NCBI GenBank assembly: GCA_048884965.1
Contig: JBHLQH010000014.1
Location: forward strand, 1 to 64,000
Direction of reading: 5' to 3'
Source of the DNA: Candidatus Thorarchaeota archaeon
Lineage (GTDB): Archaea > Asgardarchaeota > Thorarchaeia > Thorarchaeales > Thorarchaeaceae
DNA length: 64,000 nt
This document shows positions 49,554 through 59,195 of this stretch, in pieces. Position numbers and translations under genes: made by a program. Positions within the stretch are counted from its first letter, which is position 1, and each line of letters starts with the position of its first letter. The notes below the pieces were generated by a model. That model saw only the letters and a list, made by a program, of their open reading frames with translations. It had not been told where the DNA came from and did no database searches.

Positions 49554-49578
49554 AACGTTTGCTATTATAGCAAACGTT
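49554..49578. promoter_or_regulatory. Palindromic operator upstream of protease B (divergent from uvrC)
   Basis: AACGTTTGC-tattata-GCAAACGTT; same arms and 7-nt spacer as 47879-47905. Confidence 0.8.
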
Positions 49579-49690
49579 TACACTTATAGCAAATGAACAT
49601 CATCAATGAGAAATTCGCGGGTTTTCAGAGAGTGGGAGATATATACAGAAGGGCTGAAAAGGAGAGTAGATATCATAGAGATGAACACCC

Positions 49691-51502
49691 ATGACTGACC
49701 TTGCGAAATTGGTGCAGGACCTCCCACTTCAGCCCGGAGTATATCTCTGGAAGGATGAGAAAGGAGAGATCCTCTACATTGGCAAGGCAAAGGAGCTCAG
49801 AAAACGAGTTAGCTCATACCTTCGGAATCACTCTGACCGTCGAACTTGGGAACTGATGCATAGAGCCAGAGACTTGGAAACCTTTGTAACGAATACCGAG
49901 CGAGAAGCGCTTATTCTCGAAGCCACCCTCATCAAGATGCATCAACCAAAGTACAACCGTGCACTTAAGGATGACAGGAAACACGCCTGGATTAAGGTTG
50001 ATGTGCAATCAGAGAAGCCAACATTCATTGTAACTAGGGACGTTGATAGGGATGGCTCAAGGTATTTCGGTCCATATAGAAGTACAAAGAGATTGGAGAA
50101 ATCGCTAGACACCATTCGAAAATTCATTCCCATCGCCATGTGTCCTGATCCAGTGAAGGTGAAGAGGGAATGCATGGACTATCATCTTGACCGCTGTAGT
50201 GGAATCTGCAGAGACCATATCTCGAGCGATGAATATCAAGGCCTAGTTGAACAGATGTGCCTCTATCTTGAAGGACGATCTGAGCAGCTAACAGAGATGA
50301 TACAAAAGGAGATGAGAGAAGCATCCGGGAATCTTGAGTTCGAGAAGGCTGCAGAGCTCCGAGATCGCTTAGCAGATATCGAGCTTATTATGCGACGTCA
50401 AAAGGTTATCGATACAGATGGTGGAATATCACGAGATGTTCTTGGTGTTGCTAGAACTGAAGAGGCTGCACTAGTCGAGATGTTGCTGATTCGTGGTGGT
50501 CGTCTAATTGGTCAAGATCATTTCTATTTCGAGGAGAACATGGATTCAACCGATGCTGAAGTATTGACTAGTTTCATTGAGCAGTTCTATTTCATGTTGC
50601 CAAAAGTTCCAGAAGAGATTCTCCTCCCCACTTCGATTCCTGATATGGAACAACTCAGCCTGTGGCTTGAGGAAACAGCATGCTCACCAGTCAAGATTAT
50701 TGTGCCTGAAGCAGGCAAGAAACTTGAGCTTGTGGAGATGGCGAACAAGAATGCATATCGCCAGTTACGAAAGATACTGATCCTAGGTGAGAGTGAGGAA
50801 GAGATCGTTGACGAAGGTGTGAAAGAACTGAAGATTGCTTTGGGACTATCACGCGCTCCATTGCATATAGAGGGATTCGATATCTCCAATATTCAGGGAA
50901 CTGACCCTACAGGCTCTTGCGTAGTGTTTCAAAACGGTGCGCCAAACAATAAGCGATATCGAATATTTAGGATTCGATCGAAGGAAACTCCTGATGACTA
51001 TGGGATGATGAAGGAGGTCATCTATCGAAGATATCGAGGTAGGCTTGAGGAGGGCAAGGCTCTACCAGATTTGATTCTTGTGGATGGTGGGAAGGGACAG
51101 CTGAATGTAGCTATCCAAGCATTGGAGTCTCTAGGACTCGATTATCTCCATGTAGTGGGGATTGCGAAGCAAGAGGAGATTTTGTATACGCGGAATCATC
51201 CAGAGGGAATTGGCTTAGATTTCGGTTCGGATGGATTGCGACTTGTACAACATGTTCGCGATGAGGCACATAGATTCGCACAGAAGTACCATCACAAACT
51301 AAGAGAGAAACGATTCGGTGGGTCAATTCTTGAAGAAGCCCCCGGTATTGGTCCCAAACGGCGCCAAGCTTTGATGCTGGCCTTTGGCAGTTATGATGGT
51401 GTACGGAAGGCTTCTGTTGAAGAGATTGCAGGTGTGGAAGGTATGAATATCTCAAGTGCCAAGGAGCTCAAGGCATGGATTGAGCGAGAGGACCCCCTTT
51501 GA
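49691..51502 (+). CDS. uvrC: Excinuclease ABC subunit C
   Basis: PGVY...YIGKAKELRKRV GIY-YIG, Cys cluster, UVR domain, FDISN/DGGKGQ RNase H-like domain, HhH. Confidence 0.98.
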   Translation: MTDLAKLVQDLPLQPGVYLWKDEKGEILYIGKAKELRKRVSSYLRNHSDRRTWELMHRARDLETFVTNTEREALILEATLIKMHQPKYNRALKDDRKHAWIKVDVQSEKPTFIVTRDVDRDGSRYFGPYRSTKRLEKSLDTIRKFIPIAMCPDPVKVKRECMDYHLDRCSGICRDHISSDEYQGLVEQMCLYLEGRSEQLTEMIQKEMREASGNLEFEKAAELRDRLADIELIMRRQKVIDTDGGISRDVLGVARTEEAALVEMLLIRGGRLIGQDHFYFEENMDSTDAEVLTSFIEQFYFMLPKVPEEILLPTSIPDMEQLSLWLEETACSPVKIIVPEAGKKLELVEMANKNAYRQLRKILILGESEEEIVDEGVKELKIALGLSRAPLHIEGFDISNIQGTDPTGSCVVFQNGAPNNKRYRIFRIRSKETPDDYGMMKEVIYRRYRGRLEEGKALPDLILVDGGKGQLNVAIQALESLGLDYLHVVGIAKQEEILYTRNHPEGIGLDFGSDGLRLVQHVRDEAHRFAQKYHHKLREKRFGGSILEEAPGIGPKRRQALMLAFGSYDGVRKASVEEIAGVEGMNISSAKELKAWIEREDPL

Positions 51503-51561
51503 TTTCAAATTTTCGTAAAATAGAAGAAATCATATGGGTGTTTGTTACAGATAGAAACGCA

Positions 51562-51798
51562 ATGACAATAAGAGTGCTTTTTACCGTCATGTCAAAACCC
51601 GGCAAAGCAGATGTAATCTTGGGTAAATTACGGGCTCAAGAGGAAGTGATCGAGGCACATACCATCTCTGACGGGAAATTCGATGTTATTGCGTGGATTG
51701 GTGTACCGTCACTAGAGGCATATCGGATGTTCATCGAGAAAATGGCTGAGATAAAAGAAATCGATGATTTTGAGTCCTTCATCACTGTTGATGGATAA
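51562..51798 (+). CDS. Standalone Lrp/AsnC ligand-binding (RAM) domain protein
   Basis: EVIEAHTISDGKFDVIAWI pattern; likely ATG start at 51562; convergent with an amino-acid permease. Confidence 0.8.
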   Translation: MTIRVLFTVMSKPGKADVILGKLRAQEEVIEAHTISDGKFDVIAWIGVPSLEAYRMFIEKMAEIKEIDDFESFITVDG

Positions 51799-53146
51799 GC
51801 TCCCCGTTAATTGCTTCCACATGTGTCCTATTCCTTCTCCCACCATATAACCCATAGACAATCAACCCGATGAGTGATAGCAAACCTCCCAGTAATATTG
51901 TATCGAAATGGAGACTTGGTACAAGCAGTAGGCATGTGATTACACCAAGGACCGGGATGAGTGGGAAGTAGGGTGCTTTGAATGTTCCAGGAACATTAAG
52001 GCCCTTATAATGCAACATAATGACTGATGCGTTGACAATTGAGAGCCCTATAAGATAACCAAAATCTGCGAGGGACGCGACAAGAGAAACATCTCCTGGC
52101 AAAGCAAATACGCTGACAAGTATGAGTGATGCAACCAATGCTGGAATCGGGGTCTTGAGCTTTGGATTCACTCGATCTAAGAACTCTGGGAAATATCTGT
52201 CCCTTCCCATCGAGTATGCAACTCTGGCCGTTGCAAGGAACGTTGCATTCAGAGCCGCATAATTCGAGGCTGCCATTCCTGCCAATCCGATGTATCCTGC
52301 TGTTGGACCAAGCATAATCGCATAAACATCAGCAATTGGTGTATTGGAAGTTTCTATATTGGAGTAATGCGTGGCTCCAACAAGAACCAGAGCAGCTGCC
52401 ATGTACACTATGGTCGCGATGCCCAATGTCAACATTATTGCTCGTGGAATATTCCTTGCTGGATCCTTGATCTCTTCCGAGGCTGTTGTGATTAATTCAA
52501 AACCAACAAAGCTGATGTAGATGAATGACACGGCAGTCATGAACTGGGGGATTCCAACGAATTCGGGGATGAATGGGTCCAGATTCGCTGGTTGAATAAA
52601 GAATAGTCCAATTAGAACAAAACCGAATAATACGATGGCTTGGGCGATGTTCAATATGCCCAAAACTCCTGATACTCCCTTTATGCTGATTAGATTGGTG
52701 ACAAATGTGACCATGATAATAATGATCGCTATCAAACCCACTGTCGACTCTGTTGCAGCAGGAATGAAGAATGCAAAGGTGTGCGCAACTGCTAGGGCAT
52801 ATAATCCGCATGCGACGACATTACCAATGAAGAGGAACCATCCAGTGAAGAATCCCAACGGTCCTCCAAAGGTATCTGCAGCAAATGTGTATCCTCCACC
52901 TTGTTTTGGTATTGAACAGGCAAGCTCCGCGTAATTGATGGCAGTAAAAACAGTTAGCAACCCTGTGGCAAGATATGCAATAACGAGTGCTGGTCCGACG
53001 ATGCCAGCTGCAGTTCCTGAGATGACATAGATGCCACCTCCCAGCATTGCACCGAGTCCAATGTTTGTTGCGCCAATGAGACCTAGACGACGTGCGAATT
53101 TGCCGTCTGGACGCTCATCAACGAATGATTCACCCAATCGTAGCAC
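51782..53146 (-). CDS. APC family amino acid permease
   Basis: GAMLGGGIY, YAELACSIPKQGGGY, FVGFE...EEIKDPARNIPRA. Confidence 0.96.
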   Translation of the reverse strand: MLRLGESFVDERPDGKFARRLGLIGATNIGLGAMLGGGIYVISGTAAGIVGPALVIAYLATGLLTVFTAINYAELACSIPKQGGGYTFAADTFGGPLGFFTGWFLFIGNVVACGLYALAVAHTFAFFIPAATESTVGLIAIIIIMVTFVTNLISIKGVSGVLGILNIAQAIVLFGFVLIGLFFIQPANLDPFIPEFVGIPQFMTAVSFIYISFVGFELITTASEEIKDPARNIPRAIMLTLGIATIVYMAAALVLVGATHYSNIETSNTPIADVYAIMLGPTAGYIGLAGMAASNYAALNATFLATARVAYSMGRDRYFPEFLDRVNPKLKTPIPALVASLILVSVFALPGDVSLVASLADFGYLIGLSIVNASVIMLHYKGLNVPGTFKAPYFPLIPVLGVITCLLLVPSLHFDTILLGGLLSLIGLIVYGLYGGRRNRTHVEAINGELIHQQ

Positions 53147-53328
53147 CAGCCTCAGGATTCAAGAAGTATGATTTCTAATTACTCCAGTCGCCGGTGTGCC
53201 CCTTTTGAAGATTCCTACTTGTTCAATCTGAAAATGCTGTTCGGCTCCCAACCCCGAAGTTTAAATGGGGAAAGGTTGCGCACTGCTGATGAAGGACTCA
53301 TTAGAGTCTGAAAGAGAAGTGACCCAAA

Positions 53329-53511
53329 ATGATCTGGAAGGTAACTGACGCTTGTACAGCCTGCGGCACATGTGCGGATGTTTGCCCAGTCGATCCCACC
53401 CTCTATGAGGTTGGCGACAAAGCAGTCTACCAAGTTGCTCGCGCTGATGAGTGCACCGAATGCTATGCTTGTGTTGATTCTTGCCCCGAAGGCGCAATCG
53501 AAGAAGCATAA
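53329..53511 (+). CDS. 2[4Fe-4S] ferredoxin
   Basis: CTACGTCADVCP and CTECYACVDSCP. Confidence 0.95.
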   Translation: MIWKVTDACTACGTCADVCPVDPTLYEVGDKAVYQVARADECTECYACVDSCPEGAIEEA

Positions 53512-53561
53512 CTCAGAGAACATAGACTAGCTATCATCTCCTGATATTGGAGTGGTACACT

Positions 53562-53593
53562 GACATGGGGGTCCTTATAATGGACTCCCTGTC
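53562..53593. terminator. GC-rich hairpin between convergent genes
   Basis: GACATGGGGGTCC-ttataat-GGACTCCCTGTC imperfect inverted repeat. Confidence 0.5.
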
Positions 53594-53605
53594 GTCGACT
53601 CTACT

Positions 53606-53863
53606 CTATCTAATTTTATATGGTTCTCCAAGAATAGAATCAAATTCAGATTTCAGAGATTCGTCCACCAGAACAACCCGAATTGATGCGAGATCATCAG
53701 TCGATGGGTCGAACACCCCCGCGACCAATTCGATTTTGTCTTCAGTATTCAGCGTAAGTGTCGTCCTTGCTTCATCCACATCTTCATTCATGTCAAATCT
53801 CTCCTTGATTATATCTAGGACTTCTCTGTACTTTTCCGGTGTGATTTTATAGAACAACTTCAT
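53606..53863 (-). CDS. Small hypothetical protein
   Basis: MKLFYKITPEKY...; GGAGG upstream of ATG 53863. Confidence 0.75.
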   Translation of the reverse strand: MKLFYKITPEKYREVLDIIKERFDMNEDVDEARTTLTLNTEDKIELVAGVFDPSTDDLASIRVVLVDESLKSEFDSILGEPYKIR

Positions 53864-53957
53864 TAACGAATCCTCCAAGTTTTAATACCATTGAGTAAGG
53901 TATAAGTCTAACCAATTCGTCTGGACCATAGTTCGAATGTGGAAATGAGGAGATATT

Positions 53958-55679
53958 ATGCAAAAAAACCACCACATGATTATTGGAATAACTCTAATAC
54001 TTTTCATGATGATTTCTGTTGTTCCTTTGACTGTTCAACCAGTTTCAGTTCTGGTCGTCGAGGAAGTGTCTTTCACTCCATCTGAAACATATGAGTGGAC
54101 AGTTTTTGAAGAGAACATGAATGTCACAACCTTCGCTTCTCCCGATGGAAGCAAGGATGAGTTATGGCATTTTCTGAATTCAGCTGAAGAGAGCATCTAT
54201 GTTGAAATCTTCGGAATAAATAGTCCATACATACTTGATCTCATCCATGAGCTACATGATACCAAGCCATCTCTAGAGATGAAGTTCCTAATAGGTGAAG
54301 GTAGTATTGGATATTATTCTCAGAATGATTACGTAGCAAACAATCTCACTGAGCTCGGATACGAAGTGAAATGGACCAATGGAGATGATTTCACATATGC
54401 TCACCAAAAATTCGTGATAATAGACAATGAAACTACCCTTATACACTCAGGTAATTGGGCGAAAACCAGTTTTCCAGAAAGTAATGGAAAGGCAAATCGG
54501 GAGTGGAGTATCGCAATGACTAGCACAGCAGTTACTGAGTACTACAGGTCCGTCTTCGATGGGGACTGGATTAATGGTACATATTACAATGCCATAACCG
54601 ATGGAACTGGTGATCCTTTCACCTATACCTATTCAACTAGTACATATCCTCGTCCATTCGCAGAGGCGGGTAAATTCAGTGGCAATATTAAAGTTATACC
54701 CATCTTCAGTCCTGACACAAGCCTAGATGGTATCCTATACTGCATTAACGTGGCTCAAGCAACTCTTGATATCCAGATCCCCTATTTCACGAATGTCGGT
54801 GATGCAGGTGCAGTAGATCAAGTCCTAAATGCAATTCTCGCGGCTAAGGAAAGAGGCGTGACTGTTCGTGTCATCTCAGAGGAAGAATATGACTGGGATC
54901 TTGTGGAAGAGATGTTCCTTGAGCACGATATCCCAATTGTGTGGCAAGATACTCGATGGTTCACAGCTAACCACAACAAAGGTATCATCGCTGACGGGCG
55001 CATTGTCCTTGTTAGCAGTATCAACTATAGCGATGGAAGTATTTCAGAGAATCGTGAGGCTGGTGTGATTATAGAGCATGAAGGTATTGCTCAATGGTAT
55101 CAAGCAATATACGACTTTGATTGGGGGATCGCTGGTGGAGATTCCTTAGATGATGTAAACGTCTATTGGACTCCGAATATCCCTACTAGCACATCTGAAA
55201 TTAACGTGACTGTATATGGTCATATGCTATTTGAAGATACTATTGCTGAAGTAGAACTTGATGTTAAGGTAAATGATGGTGCATGGTCGAATAATACGAT
55301 TACTGCGAATGTCTACGAGTCAGCTGAAGAAGACCCTGAGAATTATTTCTATGTTATTCCTGCACAAGCTGACGGAACGAATATCACAGTTGTTGGTAGA
55401 ATACGTGTTGGTTCGACATGGCACACTGGAGTTCCTATGGTCATTCGAGTTAGAGATTCCATTGCTTCACCAACCTCTACTGATACAACACCTACTACTC
55501 CAACAACCACGACTGATCCTCTTGCTGAATTCCTTGCTGAATTTGGTATATGGATTGCAGTTGCTGGAATAGGTGTGATATGTGGCGGAGGAAGTGCAGT
55601 CGCATACAAGAAGGGAAAGATACCTGGAGTCAGCTCAAAGAAAACTACTCGTCGAAGTAGTAAGAAGAAGAAGAAGTAA
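53958..55679 (+). CDS. Extracellular, C-terminally anchored phospholipase D superfamily protein
   Basis: Two HKD motifs (HQKFVIID, HNKGIIAD), signal peptide, Thr-rich linker, TM, polybasic tail. Confidence 0.92.
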   Translation: MQKNHHMIIGITLILFMMISVVPLTVQPVSVLVVEEVSFTPSETYEWTVFEENMNVTTFASPDGSKDELWHFLNSAEESIYVEIFGINSPYILDLIHELHDTKPSLEMKFLIGEGSIGYYSQNDYVANNLTELGYEVKWTNGDDFTYAHQKFVIIDNETTLIHSGNWAKTSFPESNGKANREWSIAMTSTAVTEYYRSVFDGDWINGTYYNAITDGTGDPFTYTYSTSTYPRPFAEAGKFSGNIKVIPIFSPDTSLDGILYCINVAQATLDIQIPYFTNVGDAGAVDQVLNAILAAKERGVTVRVISEEEYDWDLVEEMFLEHDIPIVWQDTRWFTANHNKGIIADGRIVLVSSINYSDGSISENREAGVIIEHEGIAQWYQAIYDFDWGIAGGDSLDDVNVYWTPNIPTSTSEINVTVYGHMLFEDTIAEVELDVKVNDGAWSNNTITANVYESAEEDPENYFYVIPAQADGTNITVVGRIRVGSTWHTGVPMVIRVRDSIASPTSTDTTPTTPTTTTDPLAEFLAEFGIWIAVAGIGVICGGGSAVAYKKGKIPGVSSKKTTRRSSKKKKK

Positions 55680-55729
55680 TACATTGGTCGGTGGTCGGAT
55701 CATAGTCTGACCACTTCCCTCCCTTTTTT

Positions 55730-56335
55730 CTATGCCATTTCACCTGCAGAACTCTCTGCCATTTGGGCAAATTTCTCACAGCTTTCTGCATCACGAAGTT
55801 CATTCCGCTTCTTATGCAATGCAGCTGCAATGCGATATGCTCTGGCAACCTCAGTCCATTTGGCTTGTGCATCCAGACAAAGTGCCAATGCCTTCCAAGT
55901 TTCCGGATTTTCTGAGTCGTATTTGAGTGACTCATTGAAGGCATCAATTGCTTCTTGAATTCGCATTAGGCTCTCCAATGCCCTTGCCTTCCTCTCAAAG
56001 AGAATAGCACTTGCTGGATTTGATTTCAGACCCGCCTTTGCTGCAGTCAGTGCTTCTTCAAATGCCCCTATTGTAAGAAATGCTTCTACTTTATTAGAGT
56101 GCGCTTCATCGCTATCCGGTTTTATCTTAATGGCTTTATCAAAGACAACTATAGCCTCTGATTGTTCTCCAATGTGAATATGAGCCAAACCCATCTCGTT
56201 CAAGACTTGGATTGAACTTGGATTGATTGTTAGAGCTTTTTTGAATTCCGCGATGGCCTTCTTATTCTCACCTCTAGCTCTAAAATTACGCGCTAGCTTC
56301 ACAATAGATTCAAAGTCTTGACCACTGGATGACAT
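55730..56335 (-). CDS. TPR repeat protein
   Basis: About five TPR repeats (AL..NP, AI..KP, SL..DS). Confidence 0.92.
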   Translation of the reverse strand: MSSSGQDFESIVKLARNFRARGENKKAIAEFKKALTINPSSIQVLNEMGLAHIHIGEQSEAIVVFDKAIKIKPDSDEAHSNKVEAFLTIGAFEEALTAAKAGLKSNPASAILFERKARALESLMRIQEAIDAFNESLKYDSENPETWKALALCLDAQAKWTEVARAYRIAAALHKKRNELRDAESCEKFAQMAESSAGEMA

Positions 56336-56463
56336 ACTTGCTCTTCGGAAAGAAATGGTATTAATGATATTGGCGATGAACTTTTAGACCCTATGATATC
56401 TGACCCCAAGGGTTTTAACGCGGACCGACAAAAAAAGGGTTCAGTTAGAAAGAGGCGAATCAT

Positions 56464-57006
56464 ATGGTCAGAGATGAGGATTTGTTCGATGATGTTGATG
56501 AGGACGAGGAAGACGTTTTCTTCCCTGATGAAGATGAAGAGGAAGTTGAGTATAGGCGTGGAACTACATCTCTGAATGAAATTCCTGACAAGCCGTCCTT
56601 CATGGATGATCCGTGGCCTCCCATTGCATTCATTCTAATACTGATAGGATTTGGATTTACTCTTCTAACTCCTGTTGATATCTGGTCTCAACACGTATAC
56701 TATCTTGTAACAACTTACTTGCTTCTCGTTTTTGTTGCGATCGCCAGCGTGATATCATTGGGTGTCTGGAAGAAAGCAGGTGGATCTCGTCTGCGATTCG
56801 GTGGTATAACTAATCTACTAGTAGTTCTGATATGTGGTGCATTCGGCACCGTTGACACCCTCTTGGTAGTCACTACTGGAAATCCACTGATTCCAGGAAC
56901 AAACACTCCTGTGTTACTGCTAGCGTTCGTTATAGTGATATTCTCTCTCTACAGCCTTTGGCTGATTCAAAGGACATTCGCTACTGACGTTCCCAAACAG
57001 CAGTAA
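56464..57006 (+). CDS. 4-TM membrane protein with acidic N-terminal tail
   Basis: DEDLFDDVDEDEEDVFFPDEDEEE followed by four hydrophobic helices. Confidence 0.85.
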   Translation: MVRDEDLFDDVDEDEEDVFFPDEDEEEVEYRRGTTSLNEIPDKPSFMDDPWPPIAFILILIGFGFTLLTPVDIWSQHVYYLVTTYLLLVFVAIASVISLGVWKKAGGSRLRFGGITNLLVVLICGAFGTVDTLLVVTTGNPLIPGTNTPVLLLAFVIVIFSLYSLWLIQRTFATDVPKQQ

Positions 57007-57010
57007 ATCG

Positions 57011-57388
57011 GTGAGAGTCTTGACTAATGAGAGCCAAACCCTTGAGGAATTGATGGCTCTCATTAGAGACTTCATTCGTGAGCGTGACTGGGAACATTTT
57101 CAGAAACCCGCAGCTTTAGCTATGTCTGCGTCAATAGAAATGGGTGAACTTTTAGAAAGATTTCAGTGGCTCACCAATGAGGAAATCTCTACTCTTCTCG
57201 AGGATGATAGGTATAAGGAGAGCATTGCTGATGAAATTGCTGATATCGTTATCTACATGATCCGGTTAGCTGATACGACAAACATAGGTCTGACTGATGC
57301 AATTCTAGACAAAATGAAAAAGAATGAAGGCAAGTATCCCGCAGACGAATGGAGAGGACGAATTCCCGATAAGGTCAGAAATCCATAG
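57011..57388 (+). CDS. MazG-like nucleotide pyrophosphohydrolase (dCTPase-type)
   Basis: FIRERDWEHFQKP...EMGELLERFQW...DEIADI...KMKKNEGKYP. Confidence 0.92.
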   Translation: MRVLTNESQTLEELMALIRDFIRERDWEHFQKPAALAMSASIEMGELLERFQWLTNEEISTLLEDDRYKESIADEIADIVIYMIRLADTTNIGLTDAILDKMKKNEGKYPADEWRGRIPDKVRNP

Positions 57389-58175
57389 CAAGGCGCTTGT
57401 AAAGTTCTGGTCTTCGATCGCTGAGTCGATGATTCCTTGGTGTGAGAGTCTTGTCATTAGCTTCGCTCAGATCGATATCGACATACTCGACCCCAATTGA
57501 TCCGTTCGGAATTCGGAGGAGGATTCTACCTTTTGTGTCAACAATCTGTGAGTTACCGGAGAATTCTAGGCCTCGTTCAGAGCCAACCCTGTTTGCTGTT
57601 GCTGAGAACACTCCATTCTCCAATGATCGTGTCTTCATTGCGGTTTGGCAGAATTCTAGTACGAGATTCGATGGATGAAGAATGACCTGTGCTCCTTTTA
57701 GTGTGAGAATACGTGCCATCTCAGGAAAAATCCAATCCCAGCAAATCATTACACCAAAATTAGAGTCTTGAAAGAGAACGACTGGGGGCTCATCATTTCC
57801 TGGAATGAACCAATCCTTCTCATCATTGAATAGATGTGCCTTTCGATATGTTGCTAGATGATTCCCATTTCCGAATATTCCTGCGGAATTGTAGAGGCTT
57901 GAGCCATCGTATTCACAAATACCTGAAACAACTAGCCTCTGATTTTTGGACCAAGCGAGCAATTCTTTTGAGAATGGACCTAGAGGTATCGTTTCGGCAT
58001 ATGCCAATACTTCTTCTTTCGATTCAAAGACATATCCAGAATTGGCAAGTTCTGGAAGAACGAGTACCTCAACTTCCTTTTTATCAGCATCGTTCAAAAT
58101 ATCTCTCAAGGTTTCCAGATTCTCTTCCAATGCTCCTATCTTTGGCTCCATCTGCCCAATACCAAGTCTAGTCAT
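57375..58175 (-). CDS. Carbon-nitrogen hydrolase (nitrilase superfamily)
   Basis: VLPELANSGY, YRKAHLF and ICWDWIFPE; Glu-Lys-Cys triad intact. Confidence 0.95.
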   Translation of the reverse strand: MTRLGIGQMEPKIGALEENLETLRDILNDADKKEVEVLVLPELANSGYVFESKEEVLAYAETIPLGPFSKELLAWSKNQRLVVSGICEYDGSSLYNSAGIFGNGNHLATYRKAHLFNDEKDWFIPGNDEPPVVLFQDSNFGVMICWDWIFPEMARILTLKGAQVILHPSNLVLEFCQTAMKTRSLENGVFSATANRVGSERGLEFSGNSQIVDTKGRILLRIPNGSIGVEYVDIDLSEANDKTLTPRNHRLSDRRPELYKRLAMDF

Positions 58176-58200
58176 TGTCCATCACTATCTCCATGAATCT

Positions 58201-58223
58201 CAAATGAGGCTATTACTCATTTG
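58201..58223. promoter_or_regulatory. 8-bp inverted repeat in a divergent promoter region
   Basis: CAAATGAG-gctatta-CTCATTTG. Confidence 0.4.
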
Positions 58224-58286
58224 GTTAGAATTTAGCAGAATATCTTTATTTCAGATGATTAGAATTAATTGAACAGGGTGGTTTCA

Positions 58287-58373
58287 TTGATTAATGACGA
58301 AGGAATGGAAGAGTGGGACGACGAAGACGAGGATTGGGATGATGATGAATGGGAAGATGATGAAGACTGGTAG
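58287..58373 (+). CDS. Acidic Trp-repeat microprotein 1 (28 aa; not in ORF track)
   Basis: GGGTGG RBS, TTG start; MINDEGMEEWDDEDEDWDDDEWEDDEDW*; mixed synonymous codons; alternative ATG at 58305. Confidence 0.8.
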   Translation: MINDEGMEEWDDEDEDWDDDEWEDDEDW

Positions 58374-58382
58374 TATCCAGTT

Positions 58383-59195
58383 CTATCTTTCTTGAATCTT
58401 CCTTCTAGTGCGAAGCATGAAATTATAGACTCGTTTCAACTGCTTCTCCTCATCATAGTGCCAGAGGGCTCGAAGGATCTTATGCCTATTCCTTAGCTGC
58501 TTCAATTTTCGGGATTGATTGGAGTATTGCTCTCGTAGTTTCTTTGTTGAAATCGATGTTTCTTTGATATGGGGTTCAATGGCCTTCAATTTACTTTCGA
58601 TTGATCCTACTTCATGTTCGATCATTCTTTTGTAGGCTTCTTGTATCAGAGACTCTCCTTGCTTATTGACTAATCTTAGTCGAGCCCATCTCTTTACATG
58701 AGCCCCTACACTCCGTGCTTCCTTTGCGAATTCGTTGGAGTCAAAGAGACTTGTGCCATTCTCTTGTGTGAAGTATCGAGCTTTCTCCTTTGCCCGCATG
58801 TGGGGCAGCAGAATCACACCAGGGCGAAGGCGAATGCAGGGTGTTCTATGAATGATTCTTTGCATCTTCTTCTTTTGTTGTTGGGTAGGCTTTTCAAAGG
58901 AGAAGACCACAATGCTATACATGGGTTCCTGATATGGTACCTTTTTCCTGGAATCTCCTTTTGGCATCTCTCGTGCTTTTCTGAATCTCACGTGTGGGAT
59001 ATCCTCTAAGAACTCAATGATTTTCCGCTTCTTCCTCTCAACAATGAAGATACCAGATCCTACCTTCTTGATTTCTGGCAGTTGCGGTAAATTCTTCTTG
59101 GGTGAGATCTCTCTCGAGAGAATGACTAGCCTGCTGCGTTGATCCAGACGCAATGACGGAATTTTCTGGTCATCGACTGCTTCGGAATCTGACAA
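58383..59195 (-). CDS. Highly basic protein with PaaX/ChrB-N/Cas2-like central domain and C-terminal coiled coil
   Basis: YSIVVFSFEKPTQQQKKKMQRIIHRTPCIRLRPGVILLP; strongly K/R-rich; GTGGTGG RBS. Confidence 0.75.
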   Translation of the reverse strand: MSDSEAVDDQKIPSLRLDQRSRLVILSREISPKKNLPQLPEIKKVGSGIFIVERKKRKIIEFLEDIPHVRFRKAREMPKGDSRKKVPYQEPMYSIVVFSFEKPTQQQKKKMQRIIHRTPCIRLRPGVILLPHMRAKEKARYFTQENGTSLFDSNEFAKEARSVGAHVKRWARLRLVNKQGESLIQEAYKRMIEHEVGSIESKLKAIEPHIKETSISTKKLREQYSNQSRKLKQLRNRHKILRALWHYDEEKQLKRVYNFMLRTRRKIQER

